64,000 nucleotides of DNA from Desulfurococcales archaeon (GTDB lineage: Archaea > Thermoproteota > Thermoprotei_A > Sulfolobales > Desulfurococcaceae). Numbering within the stretch: position 1 is the stretch's first letter; each line of letters begins with the position of its first letter. The stretch spans positions 430,391 through 494,390 of the forward strand of contig JALVYU010000031.1 in the NCBI GenBank assembly GCA_027022365.1, given 5' to 3'. Below the pieces are notes generated by a model, which saw nothing but the letters and a program-made list of their open reading frames with translations, made no database searches and had not been told where the DNA came from. The translations under genes and the position numbers were made by a program. Positions 1-8,559 of the stretch are shown here, one piece after another.

Positions 1-500
1 TAAGCATTAAGGATATCCCGATAAGATATATACCAATACTCGATGCTCTAAGAAAGATCATTGGGGAATTAGAAGGGCTCGCAGAGATTGAATCGTTAAA
101 AGAGTTTACGAAGCAAATTGCTATACTGCTTGACAGTAAAGGATACTGGGAGAAGAAGCAGATCATTGTACATGAGGCATTCGATCTATTAGATATTGTT
201 GAGGAAATATATGAGAATGAAAAGACAACCGAGATCGATAGAGAATTACTCAGAAAGTACTGGAAGAAAAGGAAAGGTATAAAGGACGATAGGGAAGGAG
301 CGTCGGCGGAGTCAAGTCACGAGCTCGTTTCGCCCAGAAATTTCGCCGCTCATGCTGCTTTAAACCATAATGTGCTTGAGAAGATCAAGACGAGTGATGA
401 TGGAAAAGATATTGTTGAAATAGTTTACAACTACACTGATCTCAAGAAAACAATCAAGCAAATCGGCGATAAAACTAGTCTGATGAAATGTATATCTTGA
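1..500 (+). CDS. csx1: C-terminal part of a Csx1/Csm6-like CARF-HEPN ribonuclease (5'-truncated by the window edge)
   Basis: Frame 3 is open from base 3 to TGA at 498-500. It contains RNFAAHAAL (RNFAAH at 336-353), the RxxxxH HEPN motif typical of Csx1 C-termini, and lies next to CRISPR/CARF genes. Not in the ORF track because the start is outside the window. Confidence 0.7.
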   Translation, partial: SIKDIPIRYIPILDALRKIIGELEGLAEIESLKEFTKQIAILLDSKGYWEKKQIIVHEAFDLLDIVEEIYENEKTTEIDRELLRKYWKKRKGIKDDREGASAESSHELVSPRNFAAHAALNHNVLEKIKTSDDGKDIVEIVYNYTDLKKTIKQIGDKTSLMKCIS

Positions 501-671
501 TAATGGGATCCCTGCTGGAAGGAAATCAGTATACATGTTAGTAGACGATCTAGGGATGGGTGTCTTTATTGGTAAACAGTATCTCTAATACTGTATTTCA
601 ATTGGTGCCTCAGTGAGTTTGAGGAAGCTGTTCAACATCATTGATTGATGCTCTGTAAAAACATGTTTTTC

Positions 672-1505
672 TCACTGCTTCTCTATGCTTAGCAATGTTT
701 TTGCGAGCCTGACGGCTTCTGGTAGTGGTCTGCCGTTTATTGTTAGGCCCAGCCTATCGGTTACGGCCCATATCTCCTGGGGCAGCTTCTTCTCTGTGAG
801 TAGCAGGCTGAGGATCTTCTTCATGTTGTCTGTTAGCTCCAGCTCTATCACTGGTATTTCGATTATTCTTCTCATGTACTCGTGTATGTAGTACGCTGTA
901 TCTATTCCGAGGATGCTCGAGGCCAGGAGGAGGAACCCTGTCTCTGGCTTGAATCCCGCGGTGAGGTTTACTAGGACTCTGTCGTAGTCTCTGCTCTTGG
1001 CCACTCTCCAGGCGATCTTCTCGATGAGGTTCAGGATCCCTCTCCAGAAATCCCTGCCGAAGCCCTCGACCATGACCGCCTCGACGCCTCCGACCCGGTG
1101 GCCCTTCCCAAGGTACTCGTCCCCGAGGCCATGCCTCCCCAGGTACTCCATGATTATCCTCGACGCAAACATGCTCGTACCCGTATCGGTCGGGTACAGG
1201 ACGATATCGTGGATCACGCCGCTGTAACCCCTGCTTATCAGCAGGTCTACGTATCCCATGAAGGAGTTCAGCTCGGCGGAGGCCCGACGGGGATCAGACT
1301 GCACATACGCCAGGACATCCCTGAAAACACTGGACGATACACGGGCGTGCTCGCCCGCGTCCTTGTCCCAGAACGAGTCGGGCGCCGCGCGGGACCACTC
1401 CCTGAGCCTCTCCGCGTGCTTCCCGAGTATATCGTATTCAACAGCGTCTCGAGCCGCATTCCTAATAATACTGGTCCCAACCGTTGTCAAGTGGAGAAAC
1501 CTCAA
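672..1505 (-). CDS. CRISPR-associated CARF protein, APE2256/SSO1393 family (ring nuclease Crn1-like)
   Basis: Motifs HLTTVGTSII, LYPTDT, VNLTAGFKPE and YYIHE are typical of this family. The probable start is TTG at 1505 behind a GGTGGTGA RBS; the ORF-track extension to 1736 looks spurious. Confidence 0.75.
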   Translation of the reverse strand: MRFLHLTTVGTSIIRNAARDAVEYDILGKHAERLREWSRAAPDSFWDKDAGEHARVSSSVFRDVLAYVQSDPRRASAELNSFMGYVDLLISRGYSGVIHDIVLYPTDTGTSMFASRIIMEYLGRHGLGDEYLGKGHRVGGVEAVMVEGFGRDFWRGILNLIEKIAWRVAKSRDYDRVLVNLTAGFKPETGFLLLASSILGIDTAYYIHEYMRRIIEIPVIELELTDNMKKILSLLLTEKKLPQEIWAVTDRLGLTINGRPLPEAVRLAKTLLSIEKQ

Positions 1506-2209
1506 GAGATCACCACCAACCAGTAGTATTGTTCTAGTAGGAATAAAACATTGTCCGTCTCCCACAGGCCCACCCAGCCCCATATACCCTCTACGTGGAC
1601 GCTGATCCCCAGGGCGTCTCCAGGGATCTTGATCTTTTTCAATTATTGGATCTCTGGCGGATGTAAACCGGGGAGTTACCAGGCACCATAGCCCCCAAAC
1701 ACACAACCAGAACAAAAAAGACGAAATACAAATCATAAAATCACAGCTGAGCCCTCAAACCCTTCCAGAGAGAATATCTCCCATGATCGCGCCACAGCCA
1801 CATACACTCGTCAGGAACACCTATTCAGCAAAAACGAACACCAAGCCACAGATAAACACCAACATGAACGACAACAACGTTCCACAGCCTCCCCATAAAA
1901 ACCCAAGAGAAAAACTGGTTACCCCTCCCCATCGTTCACAAAACGTTCGTTTCCCCAGTTCATTTTAACTGTTCATTTACGCCGGGAGAACATTGAGGAA
2001 AAATAATGCTGGATACAGCTGAGCTGTATAAACAACCGGACACGAAACAATTCTTCACCCACACCCCGAGCCGTTCAAATACTCGTCCACAGCCCGAGAA
2101 ACAACTATTATAGGGGGCGTTCACGAACAACAGTTCACAAACAATAAATTCGCCCACGTTCACATTTTTACGAACACCTCATCTGTTTCCTCTAATCAAA
2201 TTTACAGAA

Positions 2210-2234
2210 GAATATACTGGAGAAAAATTGAAAG
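2210..2234 (+). repeat. Solitary CRISPR-repeat-like sequence GAATATACTGGAGAAAAATTGAAAG
   Basis: 25 nt, starts GAA, and its last 12 nt (AAAAATTGAAAG) are identical to the 3' end of the array 3/4 repeat. No second copy nearby. Confidence 0.4.
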
Positions 2235-2257
2235 AGAGCCCTGAAAGACCATATTAC

Positions 2258-2610
2258 CTCCAGTTTATTCTTGTTTGTCTCTCGGATAAACACCACCACG
2301 TACCCCTTGATCAATAATCCGGTGCTCAACCTCTTTCAGTTCTATTTGTTTGTTTCATACCCATGACTTTCAGTTTTCTTTGTTTGTATCGATCACGCTT
2401 TGAATACCTTTCTTACGGGCGTATTCCCAGAACTCATAGCTTTCAGTTATTTGTATTTGTTTCCCTTCAAATCCCGACTACTGGGCGAATAATCCCGAAT
2501 ACGAAGAGATAATCTTTCAGTTTTTTGTGTTTGTTTCTGGATGGTTCTCAATTAGCTTCTGGAACGAATACAAGTATATCATCATCCTTTCAGTTCTTTT
2601 TGTTTGTTTC
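2258..2610 (-). CRISPR. CRISPR mini-array 1: 6 degenerate 24-nt repeats (consensus GAAACAAACAnAnAnAACTGAAAG), family B
   Basis: Repeats start on + at 2258 (very degenerate), 2333, 2367, 2440, 2514 and 2587. Spacers are about 51, 10, 49, 50 and 49 nt. The leader is on the right, so transcription is leftward. Confidence 0.85.
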
Positions 2611-2772
2611 TGTTCTTGTTTGTTTATTTGGTTGTTTTAATATTTTATGTTTTGCTCTGGTGTTTTCCCCAACGATCCATTGGCCCGGTGAGAGCCACCA
2701 TAAACCGGTTGGTATAGATCAGCGATAAAGTGTTAAGCATAGGCTAACACAGAATATGGTGGGGGTTGTCTT
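2611..2772. promoter_or_regulatory. Leader of array 1 and divergent promoter/RBS of cas6 (inverted copy of 6266-6428)
   Basis: About 160 bp, reverse-complementary to 6266-6428, with exact blocks of 45 and 42 bp. Contains the BRE/TATA-like AAAGTGTTAAG and a GGTGGGGG RBS. Confidence 0.8.
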
Positions 2773-3667
2773 GGTTTTGTTTGGGGACTTGTTTGGTGGT
2801 AGGTGGTTGTTTGAGTCGGGTGTTTCCGGGTATTTTTTGCTGCGTGTTGTTGTTAGGGTTGTTTGTGATGGTGGCTGGGTGGTTCTGCCTCCTTTTACGG
2901 GGAAGGTTGTGAAGTCATTACTTATCCGTGGTTTTGGTGGGCTGGATAGTGTTTTTGGCGGTGTGTTTAACCCTAAGCCGATCCATGTCTCGCCCCTGCT
3001 TGTTGGTGGTAGGTGGTTGTGGAAGCGGGGCGGTGAGAGGGGGGTTCTCCGTGTCCGGTGCGGGTCTGAGGCGGTCTTCTATGTTGGGTGTACTGAAGAT
3101 GTTGCGGGGATGGTTTTTAGTGGTGTTGAGGGGCTGAGTGGTGCTGAGCTATTTAATGCCCGCTGGGAGCTCGTCTCCCTGGATATTGAGAGGTATGATC
3201 TCCCCTCGGAGGACCTGGGCATCGGGATCGATGGGCATGACAGGGTTGTCGTGGAGTTTAAGAGCCCCGCCATACTCGTCGATCCCTATAAGGCCTCGCC
3301 CAGCAACCCGAGGTTCCTGCCGCTTGCAGGGGTCTTGTTCTCGTACAATATAGGTGATCTGCTCCGTATGAGGAGGCGGGAGCATAGATGGGAGTCGAGG
3401 TTCTGGGCCGCTGTCGATATTGTCAATGCTGTCCTGCACGAGCATAGACGTATACTGGACAACATATATACCGTCACGTATAACTATGATGGCAGGATAG
3501 GCTACGGGGTCGGCGGCAGGGCGGTCTACTATATCGTTAAGAGGATTATAAGGGAGAAGCCCTGGGTCAAGGCGTTCCTGGAAAACATAATCGTGCATGC
3601 AAGGATCATGGGCGTAGGCTCGAGCAGGGCGAACGGATTCGGCCACGTATCTATAAGGCTAGAGTGA
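2756..3667 (+). CDS. cas6: CRISPR endoribonuclease Cas6 (paralog 1)
   Basis: Motifs FTGKVVKS, PKPIHVSPL, VEFKSP and the C-terminal G-rich loop GVGSSRANGFGHV. The start may be TTG at 2771. Confidence 0.9.
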   Translation: MVGVVLVLFGDLFGGRWLFESGVSGYFLLRVVVRVVCDGGWVVLPPFTGKVVKSLLIRGFGGLDSVFGGVFNPKPIHVSPLLVGGRWLWKRGGERGVLRVRCGSEAVFYVGCTEDVAGMVFSGVEGLSGAELFNARWELVSLDIERYDLPSEDLGIGIDGHDRVVVEFKSPAILVDPYKASPSNPRFLPLAGVLFSYNIGDLLRMRRREHRWESRFWAAVDIVNAVLHEHRRILDNIYTVTYNYDGRIGYGVGGRAVYYIVKRIIREKPWVKAFLENIIVHARIMGVGSSRANGFGHVSIRLE

Positions 3668-3685
3668 CAACCGCCTCATCACCGC

Positions 3686-4426
3686 CTACCCGGCCACGAG
3701 GCCCCTGGGTAATGGCACGTACTCGGCCCTGATCCTCCCCCTATAGCTGTACGTTATCTTGTACATGGGTGCTGCGCGGACGTAGCCTATGATGCTTTTC
3801 TCGCCTATGAAGGGATTGTTTCTCGTGACTAGGACGGCGCTGTAGTCTCTCACGTCTACCCCCATCTCCTTCATGTCGCCTATGTTTACCGGTATGGTTG
3901 AGTGGCCCTTATACAGTGGGCCCGCCTCTACGATCTTGTCTGGACGGATAATCCTTGCCCTGATTATCCCCCACCGCTTCTTACCGATCCTAATGTATCT
4001 CGGCAGGGGCTTTTGGGGGTCGTGTATGATTATGGTCTTGTACAGGGAGCCGGGCCCCACCGCGTAGTAGTGTACCTGCAGGGGGTGTACCAGCTTCGGC
4101 TTAGCCTTCTCTGGGATCGCCAGTGTCTCCGGCGTCGGCGACAGGAATATCCTTGTATAGGACACGTGGATCGGCTCCGCCGGGTAAACGTAGAAGCCTT
4201 CCCTGATGGCCTCTGAAACCACCCTGTAGCTCGGGGGAATGGTTCTCCCCATGATGGTCTCCGAGCTGTAGCCTAGGAACCCGTAGATCAGCGGGTAGTT
4301 GTGTATGAAGGGGTGCGTACGGATCATGGGGCCCGGGGACAGTGTTGATTCCTTTATGCTCTCCTGCATCTTGGAAAACACTAGTAGTCCGTGGACTTCG
4401 AGGTAGGCTATGCTTACCGTGCGCAT
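3686..4426 (-). CDS. cas5d: Type I-D Cas5 (Csc1)
   Basis: Motifs FIHNYPLIYGF, YVYPAEP and LPRYIRIGKKR are characteristic of Csc1. It lies directly downstream of the Csc2-like segment. Confidence 0.8.
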   Translation of the reverse strand: MRTVSIAYLEVHGLLVFSKMQESIKESTLSPGPMIRTHPFIHNYPLIYGFLGYSSETIMGRTIPPSYRVVSEAIREGFYVYPAEPIHVSYTRIFLSPTPETLAIPEKAKPKLVHPLQVHYYAVGPGSLYKTIIIHDPQKPLPRYIRIGKKRWGIIRARIIRPDKIVEAGPLYKGHSTIPVNIGDMKEMGVDVRDYSAVLVTRNNPFIGEKSIIGYVRAAPMYKITYSYRGRIRAEYVPLPRGLVAG

Positions 4427-4429
4427 CTC

Positions 4430-6262
4430 CTACTTCTTCCCCTTCTTCTTTCCTTCCCTGCCAGCCAGCTTTGCGAGCTCGTCATGCTTTGCCTTGGCGT
4501 CACTCCACGCCTCCCTGGCAATATTTTTGAGGTCGGCCTCTCTCCTCACCGTCTCTGCGATGCCGCTGCTTATACAGTATTTGGCGTACGGCGTGGCCTT
4601 CCCGATCTCCCTGATGTAGCCCTTATAGATCGTCAGTGCCTCCTCAGGGGTCTTCGGGGCGGAGGACAGTATTTTAAGGGCCGCCTCATAGCCGCTCCCC
4701 ACCTCGTAGGGAGCCGCTATCAGCCCAGCGATCTCAACTGCTACTCTGCCGAAGTGCGTCTGAACGGCGCCGAGGCGATCGATGGTGGCGAGGCTGTAGA
4801 GTACTAGTAGGAGCTCGTTCCACGTCAGGTTCTTCAGGGCGATCTTGCCGACGAACAGTACTCCGGGCTTCACAGCGCGGTCCTGGAGGAGCGCCTGCCC
4901 GGTCACGTGGAGCGCCTCGTCCACCGCGTTCCTCGTGAAGGTGAATGTAGCGTCTTCCTCCCTAACAACAGCGTAGTAGACGTCCCCCTCGACCCTGCTC
5001 TTCACATTATAGTCTCCGCCCTGGACGGCGAACCCGTAGATGAGGCAGGCCGGGCATCTCCCACAGTACCCGACGCCCTTGGATCCGCCTGTGACGTTTA
5101 CTATGCACTGCCACCCGCCGCCCAGCAGCTCCTCGAGAACCGCTGATGTCTCCAGCGTGTAGCTTATCCTGTCGAGCACCACGAGGGCTTGGGCCCCGGC
5201 TTTCTCGGCGTACTCTACTGCTTCCCGGCTGTGCAGCCTAACGTGTGTGGACATGAGCTTCTGCACGGTGTATATGTTGATCAGGCCCGGCCTCCCGGCC
5301 TCCACGGCGTCCCCCCTACCGTACCCGTAGAAGGTGATCCGGGCCGGGAGCTTGACGAGGTCTCCGCCGCCACTCCCGCTCTCCTCAACCTTGCCTACTA
5401 CGGGCACATCCAGTGCCTCAAGGTGCTTCTCGATGCCGGGTATCGGCGTCGCCGTGGAGAGTATTGTCAGCGAGCCGCTCTCCGCGAACAGCTTGACCAG
5501 TGCCAGGCTGGAAAGGTAGTCCAAGAGACCCCAGGAATGGTACTCGTCGAAGAAGACGATCGGCTTGCTGCCGAGCCGTAGATTAACCGTTCCCAGCCTG
5601 GCAAGCCTGTCCTTCAAGCCCGTGATTCGGGGCTCCACCCCCTCGAGAATACTGGATATATAGCGCGCCGTCCTCTCGTAGTCGCCGTAGACGCCGAGCA
5701 GGACGTAGTAAAAGAGATCAGGGGTGGCGAGCACGACGCTGTAGTCCGGGTCAATCCTCATCAGCTCACCGCTGATCCTTACGAGCATGTCGAGGTGCCC
5801 CAAACCCCTAAAACCACCAGTCTCGCCGAGCTCCCCCAGGATCCTCCCGCTGATACGGGCCAAGACGAGCTTCTCGCCGCCCGGCCCCACATACAGCCGG
5901 AAAACCCTGTCCCTCCAATCACCGAACACGCTCAAACCATATCCTAGAGCCCTCTCAACAATATTCCCGACACTCCTGAACTGGTCATCCAGCAACTCAT
6001 TACTAGGATAAAGACCTAGGCAGCCAAACCCCCTCAAGCCAGCCTCCCGGAAAACCTCATAGCCGAGGAGAAGACACAAAGACTTACCCGCACCAGTAGG
6101 AGCAGAAACAAGGACAACCCCAGGCCCAACACCACCAGAGACAAAACCACCTATAATGCTGAGAACACGCTCCTGAAAACCCCTAAGCCAAAAAGAACCA
6201 AACCTCTTACCGCTCTTACTAACAAAAACACCTCCAACAGACAAATCATGCACCAACACCAA
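4430..6262 (-). CDS. In-frame fusion of an N-terminal type I-D Cas3' helicase fragment (about 390 aa) and a C-terminal Cas7d/Csc2 fragment (about 215 aa)
   Basis: The N-terminal part has Walker A SAPTGAGKS, LYPSNELLDDQ, ATPD, FFDEYH and STATP. The C-terminal part has CGRCPACLIYGFA..KSRV, FTRNAVDE and RLGAVQTHFGRV, typical of Csc2. Helicase motifs V/VI are absent. Confidence 0.8.
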   Translation of the reverse strand: MVLVHDLSVGGVFVSKSGKRFGSFWLRGFQERVLSIIGGFVSGGVGPGVVLVSAPTGAGKSLCLLLGYEVFREAGLRGFGCLGLYPSNELLDDQFRSVGNIVERALGYGLSVFGDWRDRVFRLYVGPGGEKLVLARISGRILGELGETGGFRGLGHLDMLVRISGELMRIDPDYSVVLATPDLFYYVLLGVYGDYERTARYISSILEGVEPRITGLKDRLARLGTVNLRLGSKPIVFFDEYHSWGLLDYLSSLALVKLFAESGSLTILSTATPIPGIEKHLEALDVPVVGKVEESGSGGGDLVKLPARITFYGYGRGDAVEAGRPGLINIYTVQKLMSTHVRLHSREAVEYAEKAGAQALVVLDRISYTLETSAVLEELLGGGWQCIVNVTGGSKGVGYCGRCPACLIYGFAVQGGDYNVKSRVEGDVYYAVVREEDATFTFTRNAVDEALHVTGQALLQDRAVKPGVLFVGKIALKNLTWNELLLVLYSLATIDRLGAVQTHFGRVAVEIAGLIAAPYEVGSGYEAALKILSSAPKTPEEALTIYKGYIREIGKATPYAKYCISSGIAETVRREADLKNIAREAWSDAKAKHDELAKLAGREGKKKGKK

Positions 6263-6265
6263 GAC

Positions 6266-6428
6266 AAGACAACCCCCACCTTATTCTCTGTTAATTATTG
6301 CTTAACACTTTATCGCTGATCTATACCAACCGGTTTATGGATGCTCTCATTGGGCCAGTGGATCGTTGGTGGGAGTACCCAGAGCAAAACATAAAATATT
6401 AAAACAACCAAATAAACAAACAAAAACG
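6266..6428. promoter_or_regulatory. Leader of array 2 and divergent promoter/RBS of the cas3'-cas7 fusion
   Basis: Inverted copy of 2611-2772, with an A/C-rich stretch next to the first repeat. Confidence 0.8.
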
Positions 6429-6675
6429 GTTACAAACAGATAGAACTGAAAGTTTATCCGTTATCCCCTTGATCTCCTTATCTATTTTTCCTATCTCTAC
6501 TGTTACAAACAGATAGAACTGAAAGTCATTATATCGCTCTTGCTCTTCAGCAGCGCCTTCAGCTCGTCCCTCATAGAAACAAACAGATAGAACTGAAAGC
6601 GTCTACGGCATGAGCATATGGGAGACCCCGGAGCACGAGACCCTCTACACGGATACAAACAGATAAAACTGAAAG
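6429..6675 (+). CRISPR. CRISPR mini-array 2: 4 repeats G(TT/AA/AT)ACAAACAGATA(G/A)AACTGAAAG, family B
   Basis: Repeats at 6429, 6502, 6576 and 6652, with spacers of 49, 50 and 52 nt. A further spacer-like 50-nt segment follows with no terminal repeat. Confidence 0.92.
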
Positions 6676-6771
6676 TGTTCCTGTTTTCGGGCTTCGTGAT
6701 ACTAATAATAGGGTGGGTGCTCCATATCACTTGGTGTGATGGTTAAGGATTGGTGGCGTGAGTGGGTCGTT

Positions 6772-7887
6772 ATGGGTGGCCGGATAGCTCTTCTCCATGC
6801 GTTCATGGATATTCTCGGCGGCGGCGAGTATCTTATGTTGCAGATGGCTGTTGCTCTGCGTAGGGTGAACTATGACTTGGACCTGTACACGGTCACGCCT
6901 CCTCCGTGGCGGGATATTGAGCGGATATTCGGGATAAGGGATCCGGAGAAGCTGTTCCGCCGTGTCCATGTCCATGAGGAGCTGAACCCGTTCCGGTTTG
7001 GGCGCGGCAGGTTTGTCCGGCTGAAGCGTCTCCTAGCCTATCATGGCTTCTTCAAGATGTTTAACCGTGAGCGCCTTAGGGACATGTATGACTTGATCGT
7101 GGACACGCAGAGCAATACGGCGTCACCGGTTGATCTCGCCTACATACACTACCCTGTGATAGCGGAGACGTACTCGAAGAAGACCCCCCTCTACGACGCC
7201 TACAGCGTCCTTGTCAAGCTACTCTACCGTCTATGGTTCGGCAAACCTATGAGCAGATTAATAGCAACCAACTCATCTTGGACGGCGAGAATCATAAAGA
7301 AATACTATGGGGTCGAGGCACATGTCCTGCACCCGCCCGTGGACACGAGCGCTTTCCAGGGGAGATGCGGTGGTCCTAGGGAGAAAATAATAGTCACACT
7401 ATCGCGTCTGACCCCGGAGAAGAACATCCCGGCAGTATCCGTAGTCGCATCCATGCTGCCGGGGTACCGCTACATAGTCATGGGGAGGCCCGACGACCGC
7501 CGCGTATACGAGGAGCTCGTCGGGATCCCGGGGCTCGAGGTCCTAACAGATCTGCCCAGGGAGGAAGTGGCGGGGATACTCTGCAGGGCAAAATACTATG
7601 TACACCCCCCGTTCAGGGAGCACTTCGGCATAGCCGTCGTGGAGGCCATGGCGGCAGGTCTGGTTCCATTCGTCTACTATGACAGCGGCTCCTGCACCGA
7701 CATAGTCTCCCGTGTCGATAGCCGCCTATGCTATAAGGACGTATCAGAAGTGCCGCGCATGATAAAGTGGATCGAGGAGAAAGGCCTATGGGAGGAGCTG
7801 AGCGTGAAGGCCGGAAGAGCGGCAGAGATGTTTAGTGTGGAGCGCTTCTACGACCGTGTGGCGAGGTTCTTCTCAACACTCTTATAA
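6772..7887 (+). CDS. Glycosyltransferase family 4 (ALG11-like)
   Basis: Motifs GGGEYL, YIHYP, TNSSWT, VLHPPVD, SRLTPEKN and EHFGIAVVEAMAAG. ATG at 6772 is the likely start (ORF track gives 6736). Confidence 0.9.
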   Translation: MGGRIALLHAFMDILGGGEYLMLQMAVALRRVNYDLDLYTVTPPPWRDIERIFGIRDPEKLFRRVHVHEELNPFRFGRGRFVRLKRLLAYHGFFKMFNRERLRDMYDLIVDTQSNTASPVDLAYIHYPVIAETYSKKTPLYDAYSVLVKLLYRLWFGKPMSRLIATNSSWTARIIKKYYGVEAHVLHPPVDTSAFQGRCGGPREKIIVTLSRLTPEKNIPAVSVVASMLPGYRYIVMGRPDDRRVYEELVGIPGLEVLTDLPREEVAGILCRAKYYVHPPFREHFGIAVVEAMAAGLVPFVYYDSGSCTDIVSRVDSRLCYKDVSEVPRMIKWIEEKGLWEELSVKAGRAAEMFSVERFYDRVARFFSTLL

Positions 7888-7950
7888 CCTCCTAGCAAGA
7901 ACTATATTTGAACAGCTTATTCATCACCATAATAGACGAGATGAATAGTT

Positions 7951-8559
7951 TTGCAGAACGACTACCTGTCATGGCGTGAGGGCCTAATAGACCGTACAGA
8001 GTACCTTGACATACTCTACGCGCTGAAGAGCATCGGCGCCGGAAGAGATGATCCCGTGTTCGAGCTCTGCGCTGGGGCGGGGGGCCTTATACGCTTCCTC
8101 CGCGGCAAGGGCTACAGGCGTGTCAGCGGCTGTGATATCCGCGGCGACGGCGGAGCTGTCCTTACATGTGATCTGAATAAGGGGTTGCCGGGCTACGCGG
8201 TGGCGAAGTACTATGTTTTCCAGCACTGCCTGGAGCACCTGGATCAGGAGGCCGCGGAGAATATTTTGAGGGAGTGTATGAGGCGGGGCGAGGGCGTTGT
8301 TGGCATTCTGCCGGGCCACATGGTCGGTGACCCGACACACGTCGTGAACCACTACCACTACGAAGAAGTTATGAAACTAGCTAGAGCGAGCAAAGCAGAG
8401 TATGTCGTCGTAGTACCCGATATGGCGAGCTACGTCCACCCGGAGAGCCGGGACTGGCTCCTGGTGCTCAGCCACCACCCCTTCAAGCTGAAGAGACCAT
8501 GGTGGTTTGTTCTAGCACATCGATTTATGAGGCGGATGCTCGGGGCGGCGACAAGATGA
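7951..8559 (+). CDS. Class I SAM-dependent methyltransferase-like protein
   Basis: Motif I FELCAGAGG, then SGCDI, CDLN, QHCLEHL and DPTHV. Confidence 0.75.
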   Translation: MQNDYLSWREGLIDRTEYLDILYALKSIGAGRDDPVFELCAGAGGLIRFLRGKGYRRVSGCDIRGDGGAVLTCDLNKGLPGYAVAKYYVFQHCLEHLDQEAAENILRECMRRGEGVVGILPGHMVGDPTHVVNHYHYEEVMKLARASKAEYVVVVPDMASYVHPESRDWLLVLSHHPFKLKRPWWFVLAHRFMRRMLGAATR

